Shown here one piece after another: positions 11,501 through 22,700 of a stretch of 64,000 nt of DNA. Every line of letters starts with the position of its first letter. Within the stretch, counting starts at the first letter, position 1. Both the position numbers and the translations under genes were made by a program. Below the pieces are notes generated by a model. It made no database searches. It worked only from the letters and a program-made list of their open reading frames with translations, and was not told the DNA's origin. The stretch comes from Thecamonas trahens ATCC 50062. Taxonomy: Eukaryota > Protista > Apusomonadida. The DNA is taken from the NCBI RefSeq assembly GCF_000142905.1, contig NW_013657636.1, positions 124,001 through 188,000 on the forward strand. Direction: 5' to 3'.

Positions 11501-11777
11501 GGCGGCGCACGCTGCCTCGCTCACCTCGCTCAACATCTCCGAGTGCAGCTTAGTCACCGACGTGGCGCTCGACGCGTTGGCGCAAGCCGCCTGCGCATCC
11601 AAGCTCGAGACCATCAATCTCGCCCGCGTCGCTCACATCACCGCCCGTGGCGTTGAGACGGTGCTGACCGAGTGCTCGCGGGCTCACGTCGTGGTTAGTG
11701 CTGGTTCCAAGACTGTCACCGCCGATCAAGCCGAGTATCTGCGGCTGCGGCACGGGACCCGGCTTGCGCTTGCGTGA
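8549..11777 (+). CDS. TKL-type protein kinase fused to F-box and leucine-rich repeats (FBXL-type); two apparent frameshifts (~9338, ~11305)
   Basis: Kinase motifs IGSGAFGTVYKA, CIK, HRDIKPSNILL, DFG, APE and SDVFSFG. F-box PDDIVLRIFGFVPLRQRASLRAVCRAW is followed by many LxxLxLxxCxx(V/I)TD repeats. The protein spans three frames joined by single-base losses. Confidence 0.85.
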
Positions 11778-11780
11778 CGG

Positions 11781-12662
11781 CTACGCGCGCGAGCGGGCAA
11801 GAACGGCGCGAGCCCACTTGATGACTGGCTCGTCGACAACCTTGCCGTCGACCTCAAAGGCACCGACGCCGTCCGCGGCGGCAGCGGCAGCCTTGTCGAC
11901 AATCCGCGTGGCGAGCTCGATTTGATCGGCGCTCGGCGAGAAGCACTCGGTGATGACCGGGACCTGTGCAGGATGAATGGCGTACTTGCCGGTGTAGCCG
12001 AGCGCGTAGCCGTCGGCGCACTCTGCGCGCAGCTTGGCCTCGTCCTTAAAGTCGACACAAACCATGTCGATAGCCTCAAGGCCGTAGGCCTTGGCCACGG
12101 TCACCATGTGCGAGCGCGCGTAGAGGAGCTCGTGGCCGCCCGGGGTCCGCACGCCGCCGATGTCGGCGACATAGTCCTCGGCGGCAAAGAAGAGGCCCGT
12201 GAGCGAGTTGGCCTGGGCCAGGGCGTGGGCGTGGAGCAGGCCACGAGCCGACTCGATCGAGGCGTAGATCGCAAGCCGCTTGAAGCCCGCCGCGGCAACC
12301 GCCGACTGTACCGCGTGGATCTGCGCCACCGACTCGACCTTGGGCAGGACGAGGCCGGTGAGCGCCTTGCGGCTCCGCCCGGCACCCGGGCCGAAGAGCG
12401 CAGCCATGTCGCGGGCGCCCTCGTCGCTCTCCACCGGATTGATCCGCACAAGCACGTCGTCGGCGGCAAACGCCAGCCCGTCCTCGCCGTCGGCCAGCAC
12501 CGCCGCCACCGCCGCCCGCGCATCGCCCTTGGCCGCGCTGGCCACTCCGTCCTCGAGGTCGAGCACCACCGCGTCGCACGCCGTTGCCGCCGCCTTGCCC
12601 AGCATCTTAGACGAAGACGCCGGGACGTTGAACAGCACGCGTCGTGCGAGCTGGCTGGCCAT
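11781..12662 (-). CDS. CLYBL: Citrate lyase beta-like / HpcH-HpaI aldolase family (CLYBL/CitE)
   Basis: Motifs RRVLFNVP, LDLEDGVA, VRINP, PKVES, IESARG, AAEDY, GYTGKYAIHPAQV and DGKVVDEP. Confidence 0.92.
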   Translation of the reverse strand: MASQLARRVLFNVPASSSKMLGKAAATACDAVVLDLEDGVASAAKGDARAAVAAVLADGEDGLAFAADDVLVRINPVESDEGARDMAALFGPGAGRSRKALTGLVLPKVESVAQIHAVQSAVAAAGFKRLAIYASIESARGLLHAHALAQANSLTGLFFAAEDYVADIGGVRTPGGHELLYARSHMVTVAKAYGLEAIDMVCVDFKDEAKLRAECADGYALGYTGKYAIHPAQVPVITECFSPSADQIELATRIVDKAAAAAADGVGAFEVDGKVVDEPVIKWARAVLARSRA

Positions 12663-12922
12663 GTTTGTAGTGTGTGTGTGTGTGCTTGGGTGCGTGTGGG
12701 GTGTGGGCGTGTCTGGGCTTTGAGTCACCGCCACCACGTCGGTCGCCGCCAGCACTGTTCGGTCACAGGCTGTTCGGTCACAGGCTGGCTAGGACACTTT
12801 GATCGGCAACGATGGCACCACGCTCCCTGTCCCCCTCCTCCTCTCTTCATCGACTTTCACCGAGCGCAGTGTATGTTTGTAAGCTTGCGTGTGGAGGTCC
12901 GCACGGGATCGTAGGCGGGGTC

Positions 12923-14200
12923 CTAGAGCGGGTTCTCGAGAGCATACGAGGCCCAGAACTGGATGGCGGCCCAGACTTCCTCACCGGTGGGGATGATCTG
13001 GTTCGGCGGGAGGAGAAAGCCCGGATTGGCGGAGGCAGGGCGCGCCTCGAGCGTAAAACCGTAGGTCAGGCGGCCGATGCCGTCGAGAATCTGCTGGCCG
13101 TAGAACCAGTCGCCAGCCGAGCCGGTGGTTGGGTAGAGATCAACCGACGGCTGAGAGACGTACTTTTTGCCGTGCACTTTCTCGATGGCGAGCGACTGAA
13201 AGTTCCCCGAGGTCTGCAGCTGCTGGGCATGCGGCGGGGCAGCGTGGGTCCAGCCGTACGGGCCCAGGATGAGCTGCGAGTAGGCGTGGAGGTCGTAGGC
13301 GGCCACGATCCGCGAGTTCTGCAGGATAAAGTCCGAGACAGCAAGGGTCTCCGGGGCGGCAAACGGCGCTGGGCCGTGGTAGGTGTCAGATCGCGGGTTG
13401 GACGACGAGCCCTGTCCGCCCCAGTGGTCGTCCCAGTTGCGGTTGGCATCGATGCCGTACGAGCCGTCAGCGTTGCGGTACCGGGTCTTGCGCCACAGCC
13501 GATCGGTGGTCCAGGTGTAGGCGTACCCGTCCGGGTTGACCACCGGGACAAGCACAAACTCGGCGGCTTCAAGCAGAGCTGTCTCGGTTGTTGTCGCCAG
13601 CTGTTGCGCAATGTACTGAATGACTGCGCCGCCGATCCACTCGCGCGCGTGCTGCAGGGCCTGGAGGTAGATCTGCGGCCGCTGGGCGACCGGCACGGGG
13701 CTGGGCGCCGAAATCCTCACAGCAAACAGAGCACGGCCCTCGGTCGACTCGCCGATCCGTGGCTGGAACGAGACCCGCTCCGGGTACTGCGCCGCAAGCT
13801 CGGCGAACCACGCCGCGATCTCGTCGTACGTGTGGTAGTCGTTGAACCACGGCGTGTTCGACGTTCCACGCGCCAGCGGTGCCCGCGACGCCGCCACCAG
13901 CGCCTGCAGATCGTCCACCACCACCCGGCATCCGCCCGCCACCGCAGCCAGTCCCCGCGCGACGACGGCACCGGTGACGCGGACATCAGTCACCCCGTCG
14001 CGCACCGCCCACACGTCGCCGCCGACCTCCTCGGCCCAGGCACGCACCGCCGCACCGCCCGTCGCGTTCCCATGCTGGCACTCGAGCACCACCTCGTCGT
14101 CATACCGCACCACCTTGTCTCCCGCTGCACTCGCAACAGCTGCCGCAACCAACACCATGACCATCACTGCCGCCACCATCGCACTCGGTCGCCCCATCAT
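12923..14200 (-). CDS. Secreted zinc carboxypeptidase A/B (M14A) with propeptide
   Basis: Signal peptide, then YHTYDEI, Zn motif HAREW, NPDGY, LWRKTR, DANRNW, DLHAYSQ and the catalytic Glu in FTLEAR. Confidence 0.93.
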   Translation of the reverse strand: MMGRPSAMVAAVMVMVLVAAAVASAAGDKVVRYDDEVVLECQHGNATGGAAVRAWAEEVGGDVWAVRDGVTDVRVTGAVVARGLAAVAGGCRVVVDDLQALVAASRAPLARGTSNTPWFNDYHTYDEIAAWFAELAAQYPERVSFQPRIGESTEGRALFAVRISAPSPVPVAQRPQIYLQALQHAREWIGGAVIQYIAQQLATTTETALLEAAEFVLVPVVNPDGYAYTWTTDRLWRKTRYRNADGSYGIDANRNWDDHWGGQGSSSNPRSDTYHGPAPFAAPETLAVSDFILQNSRIVAAYDLHAYSQLILGPYGWTHAAPPHAQQLQTSGNFQSLAIEKVHGKKYVSQPSVDLYPTTGSAGDWFYGQQILDGIGRLTYGFTLEARPASANPGFLLPPNQIIPTGEEVWAAIQFWASYALENPL

Positions 14201-14441
14201 CACTCCGCCCGCACGTGACATGTGTCGCTCGTCAGGTGGCTGGCCACCCCCCCCCCTTCTCACCCGACCAAAAAAAACACCCCCCTTCACTCAGCTAGAC
14301 CCAATCCGCAGTGCTGCCTCTGCCGCCGGGCGTTTGTGGCGGGCAGCCACCGGCCATCGGTTGGCTCATCATTCATGCTCAGGATCAGGATCAGGATCAG
14401 GATCACTCCGACGACGACCATCAACACTCGTCGTTGACAGC

Positions 14442-14972
14442 ATGGTTCAGACCAAGAAGCTGACGACCCGCGCCGTGGAGGGCCTGCGCAAGAAGCGCCA
14501 GAAGAAGCAGCGTATGTGGTGCGGGGGCGTGTGTGTGTGTGTGGGCGTGTGTGTGTGTGGGCGTGTCGGAGGGGGCGGTGGTGAAGGAGGTGGTGGTGGG
14601 CGGTGGCAGGATGGCCGACTTGGCCGAGTCGCATGGCCAGAGGCCTCCCGAGGGCGGGACGGGGCGGGGCGGGGCGGGGGCGGCAGCTGTGCTTACTATG
14701 CCATGTGGCGGCCGGTGCTGCATGGGGCGGGAACAGGGGTGAGTAAGGCGCGGATGAAGAAGCGCAAGTACAACAAGAAGGAGCTGGATCAGCGCAAGCT
14801 CAAGGTGGCCATCAACCAGAACATCGAGCGCATCATGGCCAAACGGCTCGAGCGCGCCTCGCGGTTCTCGGTCAACAAGAAAGCTCTCGGCGTTGTCAAG
14901 GCTCTTCCCAAGTCGGAGCTCCTCACCAAGGGCAAGAAGAATGTCCGCAAGACTGCCGATGATGACGATTAG
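14442..14972 (+). CDS. Small basic protein, UPF0390/C19orf53-like; intron 14512-14736
   Basis: MVQTKKL..KKQ joined through a GTATGT...CAG intron to RVSKARMKKRK..KLKVAINQNIERIMAKR; lysine-rich. Confidence 0.65.
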   Translation: MVQTKKLTTRAVEGLRKKRQKKQRMWCGGVCVCVGVCVCGRVGGGGGEGGGGGRWQDGRLGRVAWPEASRGRDGAGRGGGGSCAYYAMWRPVLHGAGTGVSKARMKKRKYNKKELDQRKLKVAINQNIERIMAKRLERASRFSVNKKALGVVKALPKSELLTKGKKNVRKTADDDD

Positions 14973-15244
14973 ACGACGAGACTGCTCGCCGCGCGCCGAC
15001 CTCTCATCGTGCGCACGCCAAACCTTGGACCTCTCATTGTGCGCGCGCCGACCTCGCATCGGGTGCGTATCGCTATCTATTGTGCACCACAATCACGCAC
15101 ACACACTTGCATCCTGCCTCGACAACATGGCGCGTGATGCAGAGAGGCTGCGCCATCGGCCAGCATGGCGCCGGCATCGGGCGCTGGCCCCGAGCGGGTG
15201 GTAAACCCGTCGGCAGACAGCAGGAGTTTCATTGTCACACTACT

Positions 15245-16389
15245 TTACGGCGCATCATCAGCCTCCGACACTGCGCCACCGCTAGTCGCCCCCTCGTCGT
15301 CGGCGGCGCCTGCAACCTCCACAGCAGAAGCGCCGGCCTCGGACGCCACCTCTCCGGCCATGTTAAAGACAACAACCAGCGCGGTGATGTTGTCGAGCGA
15401 GCCCTTCTTGAAGGCGTACTCGACGAGACGGGCCGGACGTCAGCGGCAGGAGCGCCGTCGGCAAGAGCAGCCGACACAAAATCGGCGGCGTCCTGGTAGG
15501 AGAGGACGTCCCAGAGGCCGTCGCAGGCCAAGATGAGGAACTCGTCCTCGTGGGTCAGTTCGACACAGTTGATGTCAGGCTCAGCAATGAGACCCGAGGG
15601 CTTGCCGTCGGTGTTAGGCCCAGCCTTGAGCGACGACGCTCCGATTGACCTTGTCACTCCAATGTTGAGGACGGCCCAGATGGGATGAACCAGCCGCGAC
15701 CGCCGGATCCGGCCGCCGGCCTGCACCACCCGCACCTCCTCGGCATGGTTGGTCTTGGCGTTGTGCACAATCGAGAGGCACGTCGGCGCACCGTTGCGCA
15801 CCAGCACACACTCCGAGTCGCCCACGTTTGCCACCCACAACAGGTTGTTGACTAGCAGCGCCACAACAGCGGTCGTCCCGTCCTCCATGTTCCCCTCGTA
15901 TGCCTTGCTCATCCACCCCTCTTCCACCTTGGCAAATCCCTCCTCGATCGCCTCGCGGATCCGGCGGTGCGCAAAGTGCTGCGAGGTGGCAATCACATTG
16001 TGCAGGTGCTTGGACACATACTCAGATGCCCGCTTCCCGCCGTGTCCGTCATACACCCCGCAGAACGCAATGCGCGGCTTGATGTTGCGGTCCACCGGTC
16101 CGCTGCCGCTCTCCGCCGCAAACGGAATGATGATGTGATGGTCCTCCATCGACGGCCGCACCCCGCGGATGGCATGCACGCCCACATCGATCCCGTATTC
16201 AAAGTCCACAGCCACGCGCGTGCCTTCTGCCGGCTGCGCAGGCACAGACACTGCAGACTCGGACGCCATTGCGCCCTCAGTCCCATCACTCAATACAGCT
16301 GCCGCCTCCACAGTTGGGTTGGACGCCGAGAAGTCGTCCCGCTGCGACGGCAGCGACTGCGACGATGATGACGACGATGATGACGACAT
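15245..16389 (-). CDS. Protein phosphatase 2C (PPM family); frameshift near 15435
   Basis: Motifs GVRPSMEDHH, GVYDGHGG, DGTTA, ANVGDS, TRSIG and ILACDGLWDV. The C-terminal GSLDNITALVV lies in the adjacent frame. The 5' end is uncertain. Confidence 0.9.
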
Positions 16390-17350
16390 GCTCTCACTCT
16401 ATTCGGCAACAATGCAATTCGCTTCTGATTTTGCTTCTGCTTGCACAAGTACCGGTCCTCGTGCCCCTTCCCCTTCCGATCGCTAGACGGTTCGCTCTAC
16501 CTGCCTGTCGTCCAAGCCGCCGCCAGCCGCCGCCCGCACCACCACCACCACCACCACCACCACCATTACCACCATTACCACACAACACCACCAGACATAC
16601 CACCAATGAGTTCCCCATGCACACCACCATCCACATCCCCTCTTCCCTGTCTCCCCTCCCCCTCCCCCTTCCCTTCCCCCCAAAGAACGTTCCCCTCTTC
16701 CACACGCACGCGACCTGCCTCCCCCCTTCCCCCCCTCCCCCCCTCTCCCCTCCTTCCCTCTCCTTCCTCCCTCTCCTCTCCTTCCCCCTCATCCCTCCCC
16801 TCCTTCTTTCCCCCACCCCTCCCCCCACCCCCCCCCACCCCCCCCACAACTGTTGCAGGACACAACGGCTGCAAAACCGGTTCCACCGGTACCTCCACCC
16901 CACCACAGTCATGGCCACTCTCTCCACCCCCGCTAATCACCCCCACCCCACCCCCCACCCCCCACCCTGCACGGCTTCACATACCCCTTGCTGCTACCTG
17001 GACTGAGTCGAGTGCACTACCAGCTGTTGGGAACCGTGGCTTTGCTGTCGGGGAAGGGAAGGGGTGGAGGGGGGACTCGTCGGCTGGTGGCGGTGTTGGT
17101 GCCAGTGATGGCACACACTTGTTGCCCTTAGCAAATGTTCTTTGAACGGCTGGCGTAGAATCACCGACAACACGGGTCTTCAACCGCCACGCAGAAGCTA
17201 TGGTCCGCTTTCAGGAGCACACCTAGGAATCGGCCCGCATGGCAGCGCAGGCCCGCGATCGTGTCGCCACGCCGTCTCACTAGCTGGCTTTTCTGCTCCT
17301 TCGGAATGCTTTTTATCGTTTCGCGTCGTCTTGCCCTAGACATGTTGCAA

Positions 17351-19597
17351 CTACGCAACGTCCTTGGTCGCCGCCGAGCCCGGGTTGTACTCGGTTCCGT
17401 TGTGCTTGCCAAACGAGGTAGTGCAGCGAGCCATGACTGGCGAGGCCCGCGAGATGGCATCGTTCTGGTAAAAGTTGTCGATGACGAGCTCGATCGGCGT
17501 GTTGAGGGCACCGTTGGAGGTGGCGGCGCGCATGGCGTCAAAGGCGAGGTCCGAGATGGCCGCCGAGGCGAACGGCGGGGTGTCCGGCACAGCCATGTGC
17601 GGGGCAACGGCAAAGAGGCGGGCCTGGACCTCCTCGGCCGTGGCGTACGGCAGCGGCTTGCCCACGACCTCGGAGAGGGCGCGCGGGATGGCCCAGTCCG
17701 GACGGGCGTGGCCGGGAGTCGGCGCTGCGCGCCGGGTCCGCTGCACGCGCCCTTCTGTGTTGACGTACGTCGCCGTCTTCTCGGTGTACGCCGCACCCGG
17801 GAGAATGACGTTGGCGCGTGACGCGCCGGCGTCGCCGTGCGAGCCCTGGTAGATGACAAAGGCGTCATCCGGAATCGACGCCGGATCGTAGTCGTCGGCG
17901 CCAACGAGGTAAACAACCTTGGCGGGCGCCTTGTCGGCGCCGACGCCCGGCACAAAACCGACGTCGAGCGCTCCGACACGCGACGCGTCGGTGTGCAGCA
18001 TGTTGATGCCTGCCCACGACGACTCGCTCGACACCTTGAGGTGCGGGTACTTGTCCGCGAGCTGGGCCAGGAGGCCTGGCAGCGCCGCCGCGTCCTTGCC
18101 GGCCCACGCGCCCTTGCCCACCACCACCACCGGCCGCTCGGCCTTGGCCATCGCGTCAGCGAACGGCGACGTGCCGTCGGCGAGTGCCTTGAGCGCCGCC
18201 AGGTCGGAGCCGAGATGGTCGTAGTCGTACGTCAGCTGTGCGCCCTCGGCGCCGATGTACCCGATGTCCAGCAGGTCGTAGTTGCGGAGCGCCTTGCGGA
18301 TCCGGGTGTTGATGATGGCAGCCTCGACTCGCGGGACGGCGCCCACAAGCAGCAGTGCGTCGGCCTCCTCGAGCGCCTCGATGGTGGTGTTGAACACGTA
18401 GTTCGGCCGCAGGTCCGCAGACAGCGCCGCACCGTCCTCATGCACCGTGTTCTCCGAGCCGAGCGAGTTGACCAGGTCCTTGACCGCCATCAGCGTCTCG
18501 GCGTCTGCCATCGGCCCGGCAACAGCCTTGAGCGCTCCGTTGGCCAGCTCGGCCTCGGAGAGCGCCGAAATCGCCTCGGCCGCCGTCGCCAGCGCAGTCT
18601 CCCACGACACAGGCTTGTGGTTCACCATCGGCACGTCAAGCCGCTGCGCCTTCAGCCCATCGCACGCGTACCGCGTCTTGTCTGAAATCCACTCCTCGTT
18701 GACGCCCTCGTGCAGCCGCGGCAGGATCCGCATCACCTCGGGCCCACGCGTGTTGACCACAATGTTCGAGCCAACCGCGTCAAAGACGTCAATCGACTCG
18801 GTCGCCTTGAGCTCCCACGACCGCGCGGAGAATGCGTACGGCTTGTTCGTGAGCGCGCCCACAGGGCAGATGTCCACAAGGTTGCCAGACACCTCCGAGC
18901 CAAACATCTTGGACACATACGTCCCGATCTCCATCTCGTTGCCGCGCCCGGTCACGCCGAGCATCTCCACGCCGGCAACCTCGGTCGCAAACCGCACGCA
19001 CCGCGTGCAGTGGATGCACCGCGTCATCACCGTCTTGACCAGCGGGCCGAGGTCCTTGTCCTGCACCGCACGCTTGTTCTCAAAGAACCGCGACCGGTCC
19101 GACCCGTACACCATCGACTGGTCCTGGAGGTCGCACTCACCTCCCTGGTCGCAAATCGGGCAGTCGAGCGGGTGGTTCGCGAGGAGGAACTCCATCACGC
19201 CCTCCCGCGCAGCCTTGACGTTGTCCGTGTCCGTCATCACAACCATGCCCTCCTCAACCTGGATTGCACACGACGCCATCGGCTTGCGTGCCTTCTCAAT
19301 CTCCACAAGGCACATCCGGCAGTTGCCCGCAACCGCAAGACGGTCGTGGTAGCAGAACCGCGGAATCTCGATCCCAGCCACCGCACACGCCTGAATGATC
19401 GCCATTCCCTTGGGCACAACAACCTCCTGCCCATCAATCGTCATCGTCACCATCGGCACCTCCTCGCTCAGTCCCTCCAGACTCGGCGCCGCAGACGTCC
19501 GCGCCGCCCCGGACAGCGCCGCCCGTCCAGCCAGCACTCCAGCGCCTGCCCACCAAAGATACCAGCCCATGCCTCACACACAATAAGTACTTGCCAT
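17351..19597 (-). CDS. NDUFS1: NADH:ubiquinone oxidoreductase 75 kDa subunit (Nad11/NuoG), nuclear-encoded
   Basis: Motifs IPRFCYHDRLAVAGNCRMCLVE, HPLDCPICDQGGECDLQDQ and RCIHCTRCVRF. A probable 45-nt intron (19546-19590) gives an Ala/Arg-rich presequence MASAGVLAGR. Confidence 0.97.
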
Positions 19598-20121
19598 TCC
19601 CTCCTACCGCAGCCAACACCCCACACAAGCCACCCTCCCCCCTCCTCCCTCCCCCCCTGCCTTGCCGACGCAGCGTAGGATGGCCGTCCAAAAAATTAGC
19701 CGCGGCCCAAGCCCCCGTCAGCAGCGCTGCCTCCGCCACCCTCCACACACTTGCGCTCACCCCTGCCAACCTCCGACCCACTCCATTGCCTCGCCTGCTC
19801 TTTCTCCTTCGCTCTACTTGTTTCTTCACCTCGCTGACTCGTTCCTCTCGCCCTCCTGCCTCGCCTGCCCGCCCGCACGTACGCTGAACAGCACCCACAC
19901 GGAGCATCGGGTGAATTCGCAAAGTTGTGTGTTGGAGGCATTTGTCCATTGGCTGACTCGGGCCAGCCATGCCAGCTGCTGGCCGTCGGCCTCCCGCCCG
20001 CCGCTCGACCAATCTCTCACTCTCGCTCTTGCTCACTCGCTTCCTGCTTCGCCATCCAAATAGGACACACGGCCACTTGCACTTTTGTAATCATCCGCAT
20101 ACATGCATGCTTGCTTGCCGG

Positions 20122-22440
20122 CTAGAAGCGACGGATCCGTGGCGGGGGAGACATGGCGAGTGAAGGCGGTGCCCACATGGGCAGGAGTGGGGACATGGCC
20201 GACGGCCCGGCGGCATGCGCCGGGGACGGTCGCGGCGGCGAAAAGGCCCACGACAGCGGTGGGTGTGCCGGCGGTGGGTGTGCTACCGCTTGCAGCTCCG
20301 GCATCGCGTCGGGCCGCGGCTCGGCCGGGTACCGCGCAAGGAACGAGGCAATCATGCCCTCCAAGCTCGGCTCAAAGTCCTGCTTGACCACCCGGCCGGT
20401 ACCTGGCTCGATAAAGGTGTGCGACTGGACAAGGACCGGGCGCGGCTTCTTGAGAGCAAGGACGGCATCGCGGAGCTCGAGCCAGTCGCCGACAACGTCG
20501 GCGTAGGCCATGAAGAACGCAGTGCCGCCTGCGGCGTCGCCGGTCGACTTGTACGTCTGTAGTGCGGTGAGGAACTTGGCGATGGCAGGAATGCCGACAG
20601 TCGCAATCTTATCAGCATCGACGCTGACGTGCAGCTCAGGCTCACGGTGGATGGTGACGAGGCCGTCACCTGCCTCGAGCATGACCCGCAGCAGGACAAA
20701 GCGCGCGTGCATGTGGGCCTGGTGCCATGCGCCGTCGTCGGGCGAGAAGAACTCGAGAGCGCGCACGCCGGCACGCGCCATGGCCAGCCAGTTGATGTAC
20801 GCCAGCCGGGCTTGCTCCTCAGCCCCAGTGTGGCCAAAGATCTCCAGCACCTGGGGGTTGACACAGAGGAAGAGACCAACGGCTTCGGCCCGGCACTCCT
20901 CGTATGCTGACGAGACCGAGCCGAACTTGGACGAGTACGTCTCACCCGGCCCGTACCAGCTCGTCACTGGCTCGCCGGTCAGCGGAGAGACGGTGGTCTC
21001 GCGGTCAAAGTTGAGGCTCCCGTCGCCGGCTGAAGCCAAGATCTTGCCCGAGCCGTGACCAAGCAGCTCGTGAAGGCCAACCTGGACCTCAAACGCGGGC
21101 CCGTGCAGCGCCTTGTACTCGGCCTGGTCGCTGTCGGCGAGGAGCGGAACGGCTTCGGTGGTGTTGGCTGACGCCGCGAGCACGTTGCCGAGCGAGACGT
21201 TCTTGAACCCGGTGTTCTGCCGCACCTCGTCATAGTTGGGAATGTTGATGCCGGCCGGAACGCCCGACGAGCCAAACGAGACAACATCGAGCGAGGTAAA
21301 ATCTGGCCGCCGGAAGGTGTCCTTCTCAAAGGCAGCACCCCACGGGAGCTGGGCCAGAAAGGTTGGCGCGGCAGAGACGAGTGCGTCAAACTTGGCCGAG
21401 CCGGCGGCGTTGACCACCGCCACAAAGCCCTCCCACTCGCCGCGGACGCCAGCTGGGTCACGGTACGACTCGATGAACCCGATGTTGGTCTCCACCGCAG
21501 GGCCGACATCGGTCACCCACTCGCGCTGCGACTCCTTGTGGGCCTCGATCGAGCCGCGGGAAAACGACTCGATATACTTGCTAATCATCCGCACCTGGGT
21601 CGGGTTGGCTGCGTACTGCCTCGCCCGCTCCATGTACCGCACCACGGCCTTGAGCCAGTGGGCGTGGTCGCCAAACTCGAGCGCCACCCGCCATCCGCTC
21701 TCGCTACCCACGCTGTAGGCGCCATCGGCATCGGTCTCGAGCTCGGCAAGCCCCGGGAAAATGCCGGCCACGCTCGGGACGGCCTCGGTCTCCACCGATG
21801 CGATGCGCAGGAGGAGCAGGTCGTCAGCGGTGTCCGAGCGCCACACCCGGGTGTTGTACGGAGACACGCCGTGGCGGTCCATCCAGCTCTGCAGCGCGGT
21901 GACCGCATCCTGCGAGATACCAGGCCCGTAGTACATGGTCACGCCCGCGCCTTCAAAGCCGAGCGTTGCGGTCGTCGCATCACTCGCCCACATGGCGTCG
22001 GCGACGGCGGCGAAGCGGGAGAGCAGCTCTGCAGTGAGACGAGGCGCAAAGGCACCGCTCTCCAGCAGAGCTTTGACCTCGTCGGGCGACGCAGCTGGCA
22101 CAAACTTGCGATCGCCAAACGAGGTGTAGTTGCCCATGTTGCCGTAGAACCGGGCCGAGTACAGCGCCAGTGCATCGACAGCATCCAGGCACTCTGGCGC
22201 ATTGGCATCGAGAACAGCCTGCTTAAGACCCGCCGGCCCGCCCGACCACGCCCACATGGGATGCAGCCAGTCAAAGATCAGCGGAGCCTCGGGCGAGCAC
22301 TGGGTGAGGCAGATGCGGGCGCCCCACCAGGCCGCCTGCGACATAAAGTGGGCGTACGCCTTCTCCCGCTCGCTCAGCCCGTCCCACGCCTCGGTGCACT
22401 CGAGCACCAGCACGTTCTGGCTCTTGCACACTTCAGCCAT
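20122..22440 (-). CDS. DPP3: Dipeptidyl peptidase III (M49)
   Basis: Diagnostic HELLGH and EECRAE motifs, plus GFIESYRDP and AGINIPNYD. Confidence 0.97.
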   Translation of the reverse strand: MAEVCKSQNVLVLECTEAWDGLSEREKAYAHFMSQAAWWGARICLTQCSPEAPLIFDWLHPMWAWSGGPAGLKQAVLDANAPECLDAVDALALYSARFYGNMGNYTSFGDRKFVPAASPDEVKALLESGAFAPRLTAELLSRFAAVADAMWASDATTATLGFEGAGVTMYYGPGISQDAVTALQSWMDRHGVSPYNTRVWRSDTADDLLLLRIASVETEAVPSVAGIFPGLAELETDADGAYSVGSESGWRVALEFGDHAHWLKAVVRYMERARQYAANPTQVRMISKYIESFSRGSIEAHKESQREWVTDVGPAVETNIGFIESYRDPAGVRGEWEGFVAVVNAAGSAKFDALVSAAPTFLAQLPWGAAFEKDTFRRPDFTSLDVVSFGSSGVPAGINIPNYDEVRQNTGFKNVSLGNVLAASANTTEAVPLLADSDQAEYKALHGPAFEVQVGLHELLGHGSGKILASAGDGSLNFDRETTVSPLTGEPVTSWYGPGETYSSKFGSVSSAYEECRAEAVGLFLCVNPQVLEIFGHTGAEEQARLAYINWLAMARAGVRALEFFSPDDGAWHQAHMHARFVLLRVMLEAGDGLVTIHREPELHVSVDADKIATVGIPAIAKFLTALQTYKSTGDAAGGTAFFMAYADVVGDWLELRDAVLALKKPRPVLVQSHTFIEPGTGRVVKQDFEPSLEGMIASFLARYPAEPRPDAMPELQAVAHPPPAHPPLSWAFSPPRPSPAHAAGPSAMSPLLPMWAPPSLAMSPPPRIRRF

Positions 22441-22700
22441 TGTTTCCTGGCGAGAGAGTAGTCTTGGTGCTATCTAAGGGTGCTTGTTGCTGTTGTAGAG
22501 GCGTGGCAGTGGCAGTGGCAGTGGCAGTGGCAGCGGGAAATGGCTGGCACCGTGGGTCGCTTTGCCACCACCCACAGGTGCGCCGTATCGTCTTCTCTGC
22601 GGCGATTGCTTTGGTGCATGGCTTTGGGGTATGTGGGGAACCGGTTGATCCTAGCTGTGGCAAGACGCGTGCAGCAGAAAGGGAGGTGCTAGCTGGTACG

